Below are positions 20,357-32,893 of a stretch of DNA of 64,000 nucleotides, piece by piece. Source of the stretch: Gammaproteobacteria bacterium. Its GTDB lineage: Bacteria; Pseudomonadota; Gammaproteobacteria; GCA-001735895. The notes beneath the pieces were generated by a model. The model saw nothing but the letters and a program-made list of their open reading frames with translations. It was not told where the DNA came from and ran no database searches. The DNA lies in NCBI GenBank assembly GCA_050298595.1, contig JBNKUM010000089.1, forward strand, positions 1-64,000, given 5' to 3'. A program made the position numbers and the translations under genes. Position 1 is the first letter of the stretch; each line of letters begins with the position of its first letter.

Positions 20357-20486
20357 GACACCCACTTTTTGAAACTTCACACTACTATAGATCAACGGTA
20401 ACTAAAAACCCATCGACTCAACGTAAGGAGCGCATCACGCCGAAAGCCTGGAAGACTCAGGTTTCTGTCGCTCCTACGTCTGTGCC
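20357..20486 (+). mobile_element. Second copy of the REP-B + RAYT 5' remnant
   Basis: Near-identical direct repeat of 19491-19621. Confidence 0.65.
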
Positions 20487-20723
20487 GCTACTCCGAAATA
20501 AGGTCTAACCCTGACTCTTTAATGCCTCTCGCCACAACTAGTAACCATTTCCAAAAATGAGTATTTTTTAAAAAGCGTCTGATAAAACACTGCACCCCAC
20601 ATTAATGCCGAACAGACAACCAAATACAACAGGATCTGCCATAGGTCGCCCAGCAATCAATCAACCTCGATGGCTCTGAATTACTAAAATTCTCGCAATC
20701 ATTAATTATTGTTGAGGTACTTC

Positions 20724-21473
20724 ATGCTTACCAAAACCAAAGAACCTGTGACAACTGCTCCATCGTTTGTAGATTTGCGCGAGTTCGCGAAGGCAGCCGT
20801 GGCTAAACTGGCCAGCCAGAACGACACATCAGCCAACCCATTTATTACCAGCCGCTATCCACTGGCACTCCCCCCCGGCCCGGTCGACATAGGCGCTATT
20901 CATTTATCTGCAGGCAGTGGCACTATCCCGGCTCAGGAAGCCGACGAATTTATTATTGTTTGCGATGGCCATTTAACCCTCACCAGCCAGGGACAGACCT
21001 TAGAGCTTGCCGACGGCGACAGTGCCGTACTGAGTGCAGGTGGGGATGTTGAGTGGAAATGTCAGGAATCGGCAACGTTGCTCTACATGCGTTACTTCGA
21101 AAGCGGCGTCGGCGAGGGCAAGCTTGTGTCCATCGACACCTCCGCCGAACTCGTGACTTCCGGCACGCCTCTGGCAGAGCTATTGATTGGCCCTACACCA
21201 CACTGCCGCAACCATACTGATTATGTATCTGCAGACGGTGAATTCATGTGTGGTACATGGGACTCAACGCCCTACAAACGACGCCATATGGCCTTTAAAC
21301 ATTTTGAGCTGATGCATCTGTTAGAGGGCGCGGTGACTGTTGAAGATCATACCGGTGCGTCACATACCTTTGTTACCGATGATATTTTTCTGGTAGAACA
21401 AAAAGCTCAATGCAGCTGGGAAAGCACCCAACAGGTGAAAAAAATCTACGCCATTTATCGCCCAGCGTCGTAA
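20724..21473 (+). CDS. Tandem cupin (DUF861/EutQ-like) protein
   Basis: GTWDSTP, ELMHLLEG, SWES..VKKIY; GAGG RBS before ATG 20724. Confidence 0.8.
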   Translation: MLTKTKEPVTTAPSFVDLREFAKAAVAKLASQNDTSANPFITSRYPLALPPGPVDIGAIHLSAGSGTIPAQEADEFIIVCDGHLTLTSQGQTLELADGDSAVLSAGGDVEWKCQESATLLYMRYFESGVGEGKLVSIDTSAELVTSGTPLAELLIGPTPHCRNHTDYVSADGEFMCGTWDSTPYKRRHMAFKHFELMHLLEGAVTVEDHTGASHTFVTDDIFLVEQKAQCSWESTQQVKKIYAIYRPAS

Positions 21474-21558
21474 TGATTAACCCGTACGAATTATTGTTTA
21501 AAAATCTTTAAATAGATAAATCTTTGAAGACACTCAGCGATTGGAAAGGAAACTAAAC

Positions 21559-21622
21559 TTCAGCTATTCAGCTATTCAGCTATTCAGCTATTCAGCTATT
21601 CAGCTATTCAGCTATTCAGCTA
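21559..21622. repeat. VNTR (TTCAGCTA)x8 inside a terminator hairpin
   Basis: 8 exact octamers; flanks TAAACTTCAGC / GCTGAAGTTTA are complementary. Confidence 0.95.
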
Positions 21623-21670
21623 TGGCTGAAGTTTAATGGAGAGGGAATTAAGTCAAAACTTCCTGATAAT

Positions 21671-23494
21671 TTATTCCACTGTCACAGATTTTGCTAAATT
21701 CCTGGGCTGGTCAACATCCGTACCACGCTGAACAGCCACGTGATAACTCAGTAACTGTAATGGAATAGTCGACAGGATTGGCGTAGTCCATTTACTGCTA
21801 CCATCTATTTCTACAACAATATCATCCTCATCATGCTCTTCATGACTGGCACCCTGGTGGGCAAAAACATATAACTTGCCGCCCCTGGCTTTTACTTCCT
21901 GCATATTGGAATGTAACTTTTCCAAAAGCTGATCGTTTGGTGCAACCACGATTATAGGCATATCCGCATCGACTAGTGCTAATGGGCCATGCTTCAATTC
22001 ACCTGCGGGATACGCTTCAGCGTGGATATATGAAATCTCTTTAAGTTTAAGCGCACCTTCCATCGCTATGGGATAATGCATACCGCGCCCCAGGAAAAGC
22101 GCATCATTCTTATCAATAAAGTCTTCTGAAATAGTTTCTATACGCTTATCCAGAGCCATTAATTTTTCTATTGAGCCTGGTAACTCATTAAGCTCTTCTA
22201 CTATCTCTATAATCAGGGAAGGATCCAGTCCTTTTTCCTTACCCAGAGTAAGCACCAGTAACATTAATGCAACGAGCTGTGTTGTGAACGCCTTGGTTGA
22301 TGCAACACCTATCTCTGGTCCGGCTCGAGTCATTAACACAAGGTCTGACTCTCTTACCAGTGAGCTTTCAGGTACGTTACATATGCTTAAAGTGCCACAG
22401 TAATTTTTCCCAACTGTATCACGTAAAGCTGCAAGTGTATCAGCAGTTTCTCCTGACTGCGAAAGAGTTACAAACAGGGTATTTTCAGGAACAACAACTT
22501 TGCGATATCTGAATTCACTTGCCACTTCAACCTGACAGGGTATATTCAATAATTCTTCTATCCAGTACTTCGCCACATAGCCCGCATGATAACTGGTACC
22601 ACAGGCTATAATTTGAATATTTTTAGTTGCTGTAAATATATCTTCTGAGCCCGGCCCAAATATTCCTCCAAGTACATCGCTACGAGTTATTCTTCCTTCC
22701 AGACAATCGCTAATCGCCTTAGACTGCTCATAGATTTCTTTCAACATATAATGTCGAAACATTCCTTTTAGAACTGCATCACTGCGTAATTCTGATACAT
22801 TAATTTCAAGTTCTTTTGCTGTTCCCTCACTATTTAAAATTTGATAATTTTTTCCCTCAAGTACTGCAAAATCACCCTCTTCAAGATAAACAAAACGTGA
22901 AGTTACCGGCAATAATGCTGATACATCAGAAGCCACAAAATTTTCTTCAAAGCCCACACCTAATACCAGAGGACTACCTTTTCTGCAGGCTATTATTTTA
23001 TCAGGTTGATCTTTAGCAATGATAGCCAGAGCGTATGCTCCTACCAGCTCTGCTGTAGCCTGAAACACAGCTTTATAAAGATCATCTTCATAATAGCTAT
23101 CAATTAGATGTGCAACGACTTCTGTATCAGTTTCTGATGTGAATTGATATCCCTTAGCAATAAGACTATCTCTTAATTCCTTGTAATTTTCGATGATGCC
23201 ATTATGCACTACAGCTATTCGATCATTTGAAAAATGCGGGTGTGCATTTTCTTCTGACGGCTCACCATGTGTTGCCCAGCGAGTATGTGCAATACCAATC
23301 TTTCCAGCCTGTCCTGCTGGAATCATTTCAGCTAATAGCTGTACTTTACCCAGTGACCTGAAACGTACAAGTCCTTCTGAATTTATTAAAGCTAAACCTG
23401 CAGAGTCATAACCACGATATTCAAGTCTTCTTAATCCTTCAATCAGGATAGAACTCACATCTCTTTGCGCTAATGCACCAACTATTCCACACAT
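21671..23494 (-). CDS. glmS: Glutamine-fructose-6-phosphate transaminase
   Basis: MCGIVG, EYRGYDSAG, HTRWATHG, C-terminal PRNLAKSVTVE. Confidence 0.98.
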   Translation of the reverse strand: MCGIVGALAQRDVSSILIEGLRRLEYRGYDSAGLALINSEGLVRFRSLGKVQLLAEMIPAGQAGKIGIAHTRWATHGEPSEENAHPHFSNDRIAVVHNGIIENYKELRDSLIAKGYQFTSETDTEVVAHLIDSYYEDDLYKAVFQATAELVGAYALAIIAKDQPDKIIACRKGSPLVLGVGFEENFVASDVSALLPVTSRFVYLEEGDFAVLEGKNYQILNSEGTAKELEINVSELRSDAVLKGMFRHYMLKEIYEQSKAISDCLEGRITRSDVLGGIFGPGSEDIFTATKNIQIIACGTSYHAGYVAKYWIEELLNIPCQVEVASEFRYRKVVVPENTLFVTLSQSGETADTLAALRDTVGKNYCGTLSICNVPESSLVRESDLVLMTRAGPEIGVASTKAFTTQLVALMLLVLTLGKEKGLDPSLIIEIVEELNELPGSIEKLMALDKRIETISEDFIDKNDALFLGRGMHYPIAMEGALKLKEISYIHAEAYPAGELKHGPLALVDADMPIIVVAPNDQLLEKLHSNMQEVKARGGKLYVFAHQGASHEEHDEDDIVVEIDGSSKWTTPILSTIPLQLLSYHVAVQRGTDVDQPRNLAKSVTVE

Positions 23495-23504
23495 TGTATT
23501 ATCT

Positions 23505-24875
23505 CTACACTTTATTTTTCCTGGGTCGAACCCAGTTCTGTAAACTGATTTGTTTAGCCCTGGACAAGGTTAACTGATCTTCCGGAGTATCTTTGGTAAT
23601 AGTTGATCCTGCCCCAATAGTAGATCCTTTAGATACACGAACTGGGGCTATAAACTGAGTGTCAGAACCCACAAAAACATCATCTTCGATTATTGTTTTG
23701 TGCTTATAAGCACCATCATAGTTACAGGTGATGGTACCTGCACCGATATTGACGTTTTCACCCATCTCAGTATCACCAATATACGTAAGATGATTGACTT
23801 TGCTACCTTTTCCAATTAGTGACTTTTTCACTTCAACAAAATTTCCAATTTTGGCATTTTGCATAGTATGTGTTTCTGGTCTTATTCTCGCAAAAGGGCC
23901 AATAATATTGTTCTCACCAATAATTGAATCCTCAATAATACTCATCGATAAGATCTCACTACCAGCACCAATACTACAATTCTTTAAGATACAGTTCGCT
24001 CCTATAGTAACACCATCAGCTAAATTAACATTTCCTTCGAGGATACAGTTTATATCTATTATTACATCCTTACCGGTGATAACACTCCCTCGGATATCTA
24101 AACGAGCTGGATCTACAAGCTTTACACCATTTTGCATTAGTTCTTCTGCTTTTTGATTTCTAAAAATTGCCTCTATCTCAGAAAGTTGCAGTTGATTGTT
24201 AACCCCTAAAACCTCATTCTCGTTTTTACATGTAACCGCACTAACGGTATGATTATTAGCTACTGCATGCTTCACTACATCAGTCAGATAATATTCCTGC
24301 TGTGCATTGTTATTATCAATTTCAGCTAATAAATCCCTGTACTCAGAACCCTTTATATACACGATACCAGAGTTAGACTCTCGTATTTTTAGAATATCTT
24401 CAGAAGCATCTTTTTGCTCTATTATAGCGATGACCGAACCATTTTTGTCTCGCACAATACGTCCATAACCTGTTGGGTCATCCGCGATAAAGCTAAGTAG
24501 TGAAACCACCTGATTTTCACTACTTTCTGAAATCAAAGTTTGTAATGTTTCTATTGAGATTAATGGAACATCGCCGTAGAGAACAAGGATATCGTTACCA
24601 GGATGAACACTATCATTACATTGCATAACTGCATGTCCTGTCCCTAATTGATCAGTCTGTTCAACCCAGATGATATTCTGTCCTTGAAGTGTAGAGATCA
24701 CCTGCTCTGACTCATGCCCTACCACCACTATGATCTGATCTGGATTCAATTGACGGCTGGTATCAACCACATGCTGAAGCATGGCTTTGCCAGCCAATTG
24801 ATGGATGACTTTAGGTTTAATGGAGTTCATTCTGGTGCCCTTTCCGGCGGCCAGTATGATTATGCTAAGGGGCAT
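23505..24875 (-). CDS. glmU: Bifunctional UDP-GlcNAc pyrophosphorylase / acetyltransferase
   Basis: LAAGKGTRM, QLGTGHA, hexapeptide repeats, CNYDG. Confidence 0.97.
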   Translation of the reverse strand: MPLSIIILAAGKGTRMNSIKPKVIHQLAGKAMLQHVVDTSRQLNPDQIIVVVGHESEQVISTLQGQNIIWVEQTDQLGTGHAVMQCNDSVHPGNDILVLYGDVPLISIETLQTLISESSENQVVSLLSFIADDPTGYGRIVRDKNGSVIAIIEQKDASEDILKIRESNSGIVYIKGSEYRDLLAEIDNNNAQQEYYLTDVVKHAVANNHTVSAVTCKNENEVLGVNNQLQLSEIEAIFRNQKAEELMQNGVKLVDPARLDIRGSVITGKDVIIDINCILEGNVNLADGVTIGANCILKNCSIGAGSEILSMSIIEDSIIGENNIIGPFARIRPETHTMQNAKIGNFVEVKKSLIGKGSKVNHLTYIGDTEMGENVNIGAGTITCNYDGAYKHKTIIEDDVFVGSDTQFIAPVRVSKGSTIGAGSTITKDTPEDQLTLSRAKQISLQNWVRPRKNKV

Positions 24876-24934
24876 ACAAGATTTTCCTTTCAACAAATAA
24901 ATAAATTGTGTTGATTTTAGTCCATTATCTTACA

Positions 24935-24958
24935 AAAAAGGAGGCTAATGCCTCCTTT
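24935..24958 (-). terminator. atp operon terminator
   Basis: AAAGGAGGC-taat-GCCTCCTTT with a U-tract on the minus strand. Confidence 0.75.
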
Positions 24959-24984
24959 AAAAATTTCAATCTGTAAAACGAGTA

Positions 24985-25404
24985 TTAACGCTTTATCCTT
25001 AGTTTCTTAATCGCAGCGATCTGAGCTGCAGCTGCTGCAATCTCAGCTCGGGCTTTAGCCACATCAAGATCTGATTTCTGATCTACCAGCGCTGCTTCAG
25101 CACGTTTCTTAGCCTCAAGAGCGGCCGCTTCATCTAAATCATCAGCACGGATGGCTGTGTCGGATAAAACAGTAACAACATGTGGCTGGACTTCCAGTAT
25201 ACCACCGGAAATAAAGAAGAACTCTTCCTTACCACCGCCAAGATCCAGACGAACCTCACCAGGCTTAAGAGGAGATATCAACGGCGTATGGCGTGGTGCG
25301 ATACCCACTTCACCCATTACCGCTGGTGCATATACCATTTCCGCAGGACCGGAAAAGATTTGCTCCTCAGCACTGACGATATCGACATGTATGGTCATTG
25401 ACAT
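24985..25404 (-). CDS. atpC: ATP synthase F1 epsilon
   Basis: [19 protein letters not shown]; operon position. Confidence 0.96.
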   Translation of the reverse strand: MSMTIHVDIVSAEEQIFSGPAEMVYAPAVMGEVGIAPRHTPLISPLKPGEVRLDLGGGKEEFFFISGGILEVQPHVVTVLSDTAIRADDLDEAAALEAKKRAEAALVDQKSDLDVAKARAEIAAAAAQIAAIKKLRIKR

Positions 25405-25416
25405 AGTATTTAACCC

Positions 25417-26808
<1,392 letters not shown>

Positions 26809-26834
26809 TTACAAATAAATATGTTCAAAATAGT

Positions 26835-27695
26835 TTAAACGGCAGCTGCGCCGCCCACAATTTCACTGATTTCCTGCGTTATAGCAGCCTGACGTTCCTT
26901 GTTATAAACCAGTTGTAATTCTTTAATCAGGTCACCGGCATTATCGGTAGCGCTCTTCATAGCGATCATGCGCGAAGCCATTTCACAGGCAACATTTTCA
27001 ACAACAGCCTTGTAAACCAGTGATTCAATGTAACGATCAAGCAGATTATCCAGAACTTCTTTGGAATCTGGCTCGTAGATATAATCCCAGTGGTGTTTCA
27101 GCTCATCGTCCTTTGAAGCTTCTACAGGAACTAACTGAGTCAACTCTGGTTGCTGGGTCATGGTGTTAACGAACTGATTGCTGACCAGATAAATTGCATC
27201 AATCTCACCACTTTCGTAGTTTTGTAATAATGCCTGTACCGGACCGATAATCTCGGTAATTTCAGGACTATCACCCAGGTGACTCACCTCTGCGATAATC
27301 TCAGCACCCAGACGCTTGAAAAAACTCAACCCTTTACCACCGATGGTAACAGCCTGAAACTTAATACTATGCTTTTCCCAGGTTTCTAATTCATTTAATG
27401 CACGTTTAAATAAATTAATATTTAAACCACCACATAAACCACGGTCAGTAGTAATTACGATCAGGCCAACCTTTCTGATAGGTCGATCAATCAGGAATGG
27501 ATGCTTATATTCAGGATGAGAGTTACCCAAATGTCCAACAACCTGTTTGATCTTTTCGGCATAAGGACGAGTGGCCAGCATGCGATCCTGCGCACGACGC
27601 ATCTTACTCGCTGCCACCATCTCCATGGCTTTTGTGATCTTAGCAGTGTTTTGAACACTCTTGATCTTGGTTCTTATCTCTTTAGCACCAGCCAT
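26835..27695 (-). CDS. atpG: ATP synthase F1 gamma
   Basis: [27 protein letters not shown]. Confidence 0.98.
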   Translation of the reverse strand: MAGAKEIRTKIKSVQNTAKITKAMEMVAASKMRRAQDRMLATRPYAEKIKQVVGHLGNSHPEYKHPFLIDRPIRKVGLIVITTDRGLCGGLNINLFKRALNELETWEKHSIKFQAVTIGGKGLSFFKRLGAEIIAEVSHLGDSPEITEIIGPVQALLQNYESGEIDAIYLVSNQFVNTMTQQPELTQLVPVEASKDDELKHHWDYIYEPDSKEVLDNLLDRYIESLVYKAVVENVACEMASRMIAMKSATDNAGDLIKELQLVYNKERQAAITQEISEIVGGAAAV

Positions 27696-27715
27696 AACTG
27701 AATCTCAAGTTAGCC

Positions 27716-29257
27716 CTAGTAAACGCCGTTCGCTTTAAAATCTTCAATAGCAGCAGTAATACCTTTGACGATATCGTCACTGTAATCACCGGACTCATTG
27801 ATGGTATCCAGTAAGTCAGCATTATTTGATTTAACATGAGCATGTAGCGCAGCTTCAAAAGCAACAATCTTGGTTACATCCACATCATCAAGGTAGCCTT
27901 CATTAGCAGCGTATAGTGAAACTGCCATTTCAGCTACTGATAAAGGAGCATACTGCTTTTGCTTCATCAATTCTGTTACACGCTGACCACGCTCAAGCTG
28001 CCTACGAGTAGCTTCATCCAGATCAGAAGCAAACTGCGAGAACGCTGCCAGTTCGCGATACTGAGCCAGTGCAAGACGAACACCGCCGCCCAGCTTTTTG
28101 ATAATCTTGGTTTGTGCAGCACCACCAACACGAGATACTGATAGACCTGCGTTTATCGCAGGACGTATACCCGCGTTAAACAGATCAGATTCGAGGAAGA
28201 TCTGGCCATCGGTAATTGATATAACATTGGTCGGTACGAAAGCTGATACGTCACCACCCTGGGTTTCAATGATTGGTAATGCGGTTAAGGAACCTGTTTT
28301 ACCTTTCACTTCGCCATTAGTGTACTTTTCAACATAGTTTTCATTAACACGTGCAGCACGTTCCAGCAGGCGTGAATGAAGATAGAATACGTCACCAGGA
28401 TAAGCTTCACGACCTGGAGGACGACGTAACAACAGGGAAACCTGACGATAGGCCCATGCCTGTTTTGTCAAATCATCGTATACGATTAACGCATCTTCAC
28501 CGCGATCACGGAAGTATTCGCCCATTGTACAACCTGAGTAAGGTGCAATGTACTGCAATGCTGCAGAGTCAGAAGCTGATGCCGCAACGATGATAGTATG
28601 AGCTAAAGCGTCATGTTCTTCGAGTTTACGCACTACGTTAGCGATAGTAGACGCCTTCTGCCCAATCGCGACATAGATACATTTAACGCCAGTGCCTTTC
28701 TGATTGATGATGGCATCGATTGCAACCGCTGACTTACCAGTCTGGCGATCACCGATGATCAATTCACGCTGACCACGACCAACAGGAACCATCGCATCGA
28801 TCGCTTTCAGTCCACTTTGTACTGGTTGATCAACAGATTTTCTTTCGATAACACCAGGAGCAACCTTTTCGATGGGCTCAAATTGTTTGCTTGTGATCGG
28901 TCCTTTACCATCGATTGCCTGACCCAGTGAGTTAACTACACGACCTAGTAGCTCTTCACCTACAGGAACCTCAAGAATACGGCCGGTACATTTGGCAGTG
29001 TCGCCTTCGGTAAGGTGCTTATAAGGCCCCAGAACAACCGCACCTACAGAATCTCTTTCCAGATTCAGTGCCATTGCATAGGTGTCACCAGGTAGTTCGA
29101 TCATTTCACCGGACATAACATCCGCCAGACCATGTATACGACAGATACCGTCTGTCAGACTGACTACAGTACCTTCAGTCCTGGCTTCAGCGGCACTCTC
29201 AAAATTTTTAATGCGATCCTTAATTAGCTCGCTAATTTCTGACGGATTAAGTTGCAT
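27716..29257 (-). CDS. atpA: ATP synthase F1 alpha
   Basis: [18 protein letters not shown]. Confidence 0.99.
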   Translation of the reverse strand: MQLNPSEISELIKDRIKNFESAAEARTEGTVVSLTDGICRIHGLADVMSGEMIELPGDTYAMALNLERDSVGAVVLGPYKHLTEGDTAKCTGRILEVPVGEELLGRVVNSLGQAIDGKGPITSKQFEPIEKVAPGVIERKSVDQPVQSGLKAIDAMVPVGRGQRELIIGDRQTGKSAVAIDAIINQKGTGVKCIYVAIGQKASTIANVVRKLEEHDALAHTIIVAASASDSAALQYIAPYSGCTMGEYFRDRGEDALIVYDDLTKQAWAYRQVSLLLRRPPGREAYPGDVFYLHSRLLERAARVNENYVEKYTNGEVKGKTGSLTALPIIETQGGDVSAFVPTNVISITDGQIFLESDLFNAGIRPAINAGLSVSRVGGAAQTKIIKKLGGGVRLALAQYRELAAFSQFASDLDEATRRQLERGQRVTELMKQKQYAPLSVAEMAVSLYAANEGYLDDVDVTKIVAFEAALHAHVKSNNADLLDTINESGDYSDDIVKGITAAIEDFKANGVY

Positions 29258-29287
29258 AGCGTTATCCCGTAATAAATAAATTCAGTG

Positions 29288-29839
29288 TTATTTGTTTAAC
29301 TGTGAGGTCAATTTGTTCAACTGCCCACGTGAGGACCCGTCTATAACCAGGTCACCTGCATGAATGATCGCACCAGCGATTAAAGACTCATCGACCTCGG
29401 AAGTAATCGTTACTTCCTTGCCCAGTCTTTGCTTCATTTTCTTAACGATTTCTTTTTCCTGCTTGGCAGTCAGCTTTCTGGCAGAAGTTACAAATACTTC
29501 TATGCTACCTTCGGCTTCCTGCTTAAAAGCTTCATAACCTTTAGCGATTTCAGGTAGCGCCATCAAGCGATCATTTTCAGCGAGCAGGGAGATCAGGTTC
29601 TTCACATGCTCATTCACCTCAGGGCCTTCTTTGACCGCAGACATAATCGAAACAAACATGTCTGCGACTTCTGAACTCAGAATTGATGGCGTAGCGACTA
29701 GAGCCTGCAGATCTGCATCTTTTGCCAGTGACGCTGCCAACTGCAGAACATCAGACCAGAACTGTAGATTCTTTTGCTCTGTTGCCAGCTCAAAGATTGC
29801 TCTGGAGTAAGGCCGTGAGACAGTTTCAAAATCAGACAT
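29288..29839 (-). CDS. atpH: ATP synthase F1 delta
   Basis: RPYS.AIF, LIAG..I.AGDLVIDGS. Confidence 0.95.
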   Translation of the reverse strand: MSDFETVSRPYSRAIFELATEQKNLQFWSDVLQLAASLAKDADLQALVATPSILSSEVADMFVSIMSAVKEGPEVNEHVKNLISLLAENDRLMALPEIAKGYEAFKQEAEGSIEVFVTSARKLTAKQEKEIVKKMKQRLGKEVTITSEVDESLIAGAIIHAGDLVIDGSSRGQLNKLTSQLNK

Positions 29840-29851
29840 ACTGTTAATTTC

Positions 29852-30322
29852 CTAGATCTGAGCCATCATGTCGTCAAGCACTTCGCCATGAGCTTCGGCG
29901 TTAACTTCGCGCTTGAGGATTCTCTCGGCACCAGACAATGCGATAGAAGAAACCTCTTTACGCAGTTGCTCACGTGCTGAGTTAATCTGCTGATCAATAT
30001 CTGCTGTAGCAGCATTCTTGATCTTTTCAGCTTCTTCACGTGCTATACCTTTGGCTTCATCGACCATTTCATTGGCGCGCTTTTGCGCCTGATTAATGAT
30101 TTCCTGCGCCTGGATCTTAGCTTCTTTCAGGTTATCACTAACTTTTGACTGTGCCAGTTCGAGATCTTTCTGACCTCTTTCAGCGGCAGCCAGACCGTCA
30201 GCAATTTTAGCTTTGCGCTCTTCCAGTGCAGCCATTAATGGCGGCCAGACATATTTCATGCAGAACCAGACAAACACTATAAACGTGATCGATTGTCCAA
30301 TCAGGGTTGCATTGAAATTCAT
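29852..30322 (-). CDS. atpF: ATP synthase F0 b
   Basis: [23 protein letters not shown]. Confidence 0.97.
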   Translation of the reverse strand: MNFNATLIGQSITFIVFVWFCMKYVWPPLMAALEERKAKIADGLAAAERGQKDLELAQSKVSDNLKEAKIQAQEIINQAQKRANEMVDEAKGIAREEAEKIKNAATADIDQQINSAREQLRKEVSSIALSGAERILKREVNAEAHGEVLDDMMAQI

Positions 30323-30367
30323 ATCGCTGTCCTCAAATTGAGATTAAACAAGGTGTGTGCTTGAGCA

Positions 30368-30613
<246 letters not shown>

Positions 30614-30644
30614 CTAATAGATCAAAAACAGATTAAATTAAAAA

Positions 30645-31493
<849 letters not shown>

Positions 31494-31877
31494 CTAATTA
31501 CCTTTCTGAATTAATGGTACAAACATGCCCGACATCTGCATAAGCAAATATCCGACGAATAAAATTACCGGATCCCATTGATAAGTAGAAGTAAATGCTA
31601 GCGTAAAAATTATGCCCGTCATTAACCACTTAGCAATATCAGATCGATATGCATACCCGAGCCACTGTTCTGCGTTATTGTTATCAACCTGGCGTAGCAT
31701 CTTAAATGCGAAATATGTACCTGGTATTAAACTTGCGAGACAACCAGTGAATGCTGAGAATACATCACCCAGATTAAATAGCCACACTACAGCCATATAG
31801 ACCAGCATAACCACTGACTGAGAAACCAGCAAAACTTGAATATGCGTCTTCATTTCTAGCCTTTCGACTGACGACAA
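31494..31877 (-). CDS. atpI: ATP synthase protein I (alternative start 31853)
   Basis: Four-TM hydrophobic protein preceding atpB. Confidence 0.8.
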   Translation of the reverse strand: MSSVERLEMKTHIQVLLVSQSVVMLVYMAVVWLFNLGDVFSAFTGCLASLIPGTYFAFKMLRQVDNNNAEQWLGYAYRSDIAKWLMTGIIFTLAFTSTYQWDPVILFVGYLLMQMSGMFVPLIQKGN

Positions 31878-32010
31878 GGTAGCCCACCCCCGCCAATGCG
31901 CTGCGAAGTATAAGGAGTTGTCAATGAAGAATCAATCGCTCAATCAAAAAATTTATATATCAATTAATTAATAGTTAAGATATGCCGCCCATTAACTCGT
32001 CAACCTAAAA

Positions 32011-32877
32011 TTAATCCTCTAAATGGTGCAAAATTCCTTCTAGCTCATCATTATTGTGGAAATGAATCACCAGACGACCCGCTCCTTTGCTATCGGTATT
32101 AATTTTAACCTTGGCACACAAACTCTCACTGATTTTCTGCTCCAGGCGCTGAATATCAGGATCAATGCTGTCTGATTTAGTTGTTTTCGCAGCCGGGGAT
32201 AAGATCTTCTTAATCATATTCTCGGTTTCACGAACCGATAGTGCCCGGTTCACCACTACTCGAGCAATGTCAGCCTGCTCGTTCTGAGGCAGGGATAACA
32301 AAGCCCGCGCGTGCCCCATACTGAGTAATGACTTATTCACCAGATCCTTAACGGAGTCAGCAAGCTCAAGCAGGCGCAACAGGTTGCTTACCGCAACCCG
32401 AGAACGCCCTACCGCTTCGGCGACCTGCATATGGGTTAATTCAAAGTCATTTATCAAGCGTTGGAATGCCGCAGCCTCTTCAAGCGGATTAAGATCTTCA
32501 CGCTGAATATTTTCAATCAGAGAAATCGCAGCGGCCGATTGCGTATCCAGATCTCTGATAACCGCAGGGACCACCTGTAAACCCGCCAGTTGGGCTGCAC
32601 GCCAGCGTCGCTCACCCGCAATAAGTTCGTAATGCGAACCTTCTCTACGCACCACTATAGGCTGGACTATGCCCTGTGCTGCAATCGAATTCGCCAGCTC
32701 CTGTAGCGCTTCTTCGTCAAAATACTTACGCGGCTGATATTCACCGCGCTGGATTTTATCTACTGGCAGCTCGGTAAGACCTGTCTCCATCTCAGCAGCG
32801 CTAACCTGAGTCACTTCCTCGACATTGCCGATTAAGGAACCTAATCCACGACCTAATCTTTTCTTCATTGCAGCCAC
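32011..32877 (-). CDS. parB: Chromosome partitioning protein ParB (alternative start 32868)
   Basis: LGRGL, QPR, IAGERRWRA, ENIQREDL, HTH. Confidence 0.96.
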   Translation of the reverse strand: MAAMKKRLGRGLGSLIGNVEEVTQVSAAEMETGLTELPVDKIQRGEYQPRKYFDEEALQELANSIAAQGIVQPIVVRREGSHYELIAGERRWRAAQLAGLQVVPAVIRDLDTQSAAAISLIENIQREDLNPLEEAAAFQRLINDFELTHMQVAEAVGRSRVAVSNLLRLLELADSVKDLVNKSLLSMGHARALLSLPQNEQADIARVVVNRALSVRETENMIKKILSPAAKTTKSDSIDPDIQRLEQKISESLCAKVKINTDSKGAGRLVIHFHNNDELEGILHHLED

Positions 32878-32893
32878 ATTTATCCAGTTCTAC

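Noticed and set aside
13271-20486. CRISPR array or integron attC array
   Set aside because: Repeat spacing is irregular (0.1-4 kb), orientations are mixed, and there is no cas or intI gene and no clear attC core sites
20065-20508. ORFs 20065-20268 and 20227-20508 as proteins
   Set aside because: They are translations of palindromic repeats and the RAYT stub
21559-21622. CRISPR-like repeat
   Set aside because: Pure tandem octamer with no spacers
21625-21670. Tn7 insertion at attTn7
   Set aside because: No TGT/ACA ends with TnsB-site arrays and no tns genes seen
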